A stretch of 20,002 nucleotides of DNA, taken from contig NW_021824096.1 in NCBI RefSeq assembly GCF_006345805.1, positions 1 to 20,002 on the forward strand, read 5' to 3'. Positions within the stretch are counted from its first letter, which is position 1. Each line of letters opens with the position of its first letter. Under the pieces are notes generated by a model, which saw only the letters and a list, made by a program, of their open reading frames with translations, was not told where the DNA came from and searched no databases. This DNA comes from Octopus sinensis (Eukaryota). The translations under genes and the position numbers were made by a program. Below, piece after piece: positions 19,346 to 20,002 of this stretch.

Positions 19346-20002
19346 AATGTTAAAAAAATAATTAAAAATTTTTTTATTTAAAAAAAATGTATTTAAGTTA
19401 TTACTTCCATTTGTTTATTTATCTGTGTATTTTATTTATTATGTTTTCAGTTTTTGTTTATATTGTAACAGTTTATGGGGATCCTCTCTGTATATGCTGT
19501 GGTGTTGCTAGTGTTCATTCCAGTTTCCTATTCAGGCTAGGTTTTATCTTCTATTATGTGTAGCTTCCGTAATTTATCTGATTGTTACGTCTGTTCTATG
19601 TGGGACAAGATTTTAACTTCTATGTTGTTGATTGAGTCCCCGTGTTCCTGTTCGGCGTGTTAGTACAGAATTGATGAGCTCTTTCCTTCCTTAAGTTCCC
19701 TCCAATGTCCATTTACCCGCTCTCCTATGCTCCGTGCCGTTTCCCCTACATATGTCGTTGTTTTGTTACTGCATCGTCCCTCTATATATCTTATAGTATA
19801 GACTACATTTCTGGCTTTACAGTTTGTTTGTGGGCTAAATCTACACAGAGTACAGTACCTATCCGTACAGGGGGTTCTACTAAAAGGGTAGGTTCTACCG
19901 ATTATGGATTTGATAGGGTCGCCTGGCTTTTCAACAACTTTTAATCCTTAACTTAAGTTGTCTAGGGTCCTTCTAAAGCGGTACGCCAGTTCACCTCTAG
20001 GG

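Larger units (their letters stand above)
18790..20002 (-). mobile_element. Penelope-like element 3' end (GIY-YIG, 3' UTR, pLTR), running off the window edge
   Basis: Minus frame from 20001: PRGELAYRFRRTLDNLS*GLKVVEKPGDPIKSIIGRTYPFSRTPCTDRYCTLCRFSPQTNCKARNVVYTIRYIEGRCSNKTTTYVGETARSIGERVNGHWRELKEGKSSSILY*HAEQEHG..IEVKILS, then frameshifted ITEATHI..LNRKLE; hammerhead-like motif downstream on the same strand. Confidence 0.88.

Overview
Eukaryotic, repeat-saturated DNA with no recognisable host gene. The SINE families and (TATG)n/(TA)n tracts resemble Octopus-type cephalopod DNA, which is my recollection and not a database result. Almost all supplied ORFs are microsatellite or antisense artefacts, and every retroelement ORF is disrupted. 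Contents: (1) a near full-length Neptune-type Penelope-like element (PLE) at 6206-9860 (+) with RT, Cys linker, GIY-YIG and partial terminal repeats; (2) two further PLE remnants at ~13300-14580 (+) and ~18790-20002 (-); (3) a minimal type I hammerhead-ribozyme-like motif downstream of the endonuclease in each of the three PLEs; (4) a CR1/L2-group APE-RT LINE at 9891-13025 (-), whose 3' stem-loop tail is shared with SINEs in the same window and which has a 30-bp hairpin just before its endonuclease; (5) an R4/Dong-like RT remnant split by a SINE and a near-identical 405-bp triplication; (6) a Tx1/L1 3' fragment and an RTE-like 5' fragment, both within (TATG)n; (7) several tRNA-derived SINEs, a possible 56-bp mini-Helitron and many microsatellites. 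I see no well-supported wholly new system; the best leads are the ribozyme variants, the LINE-SINE tail pair and the LINE hairpin.
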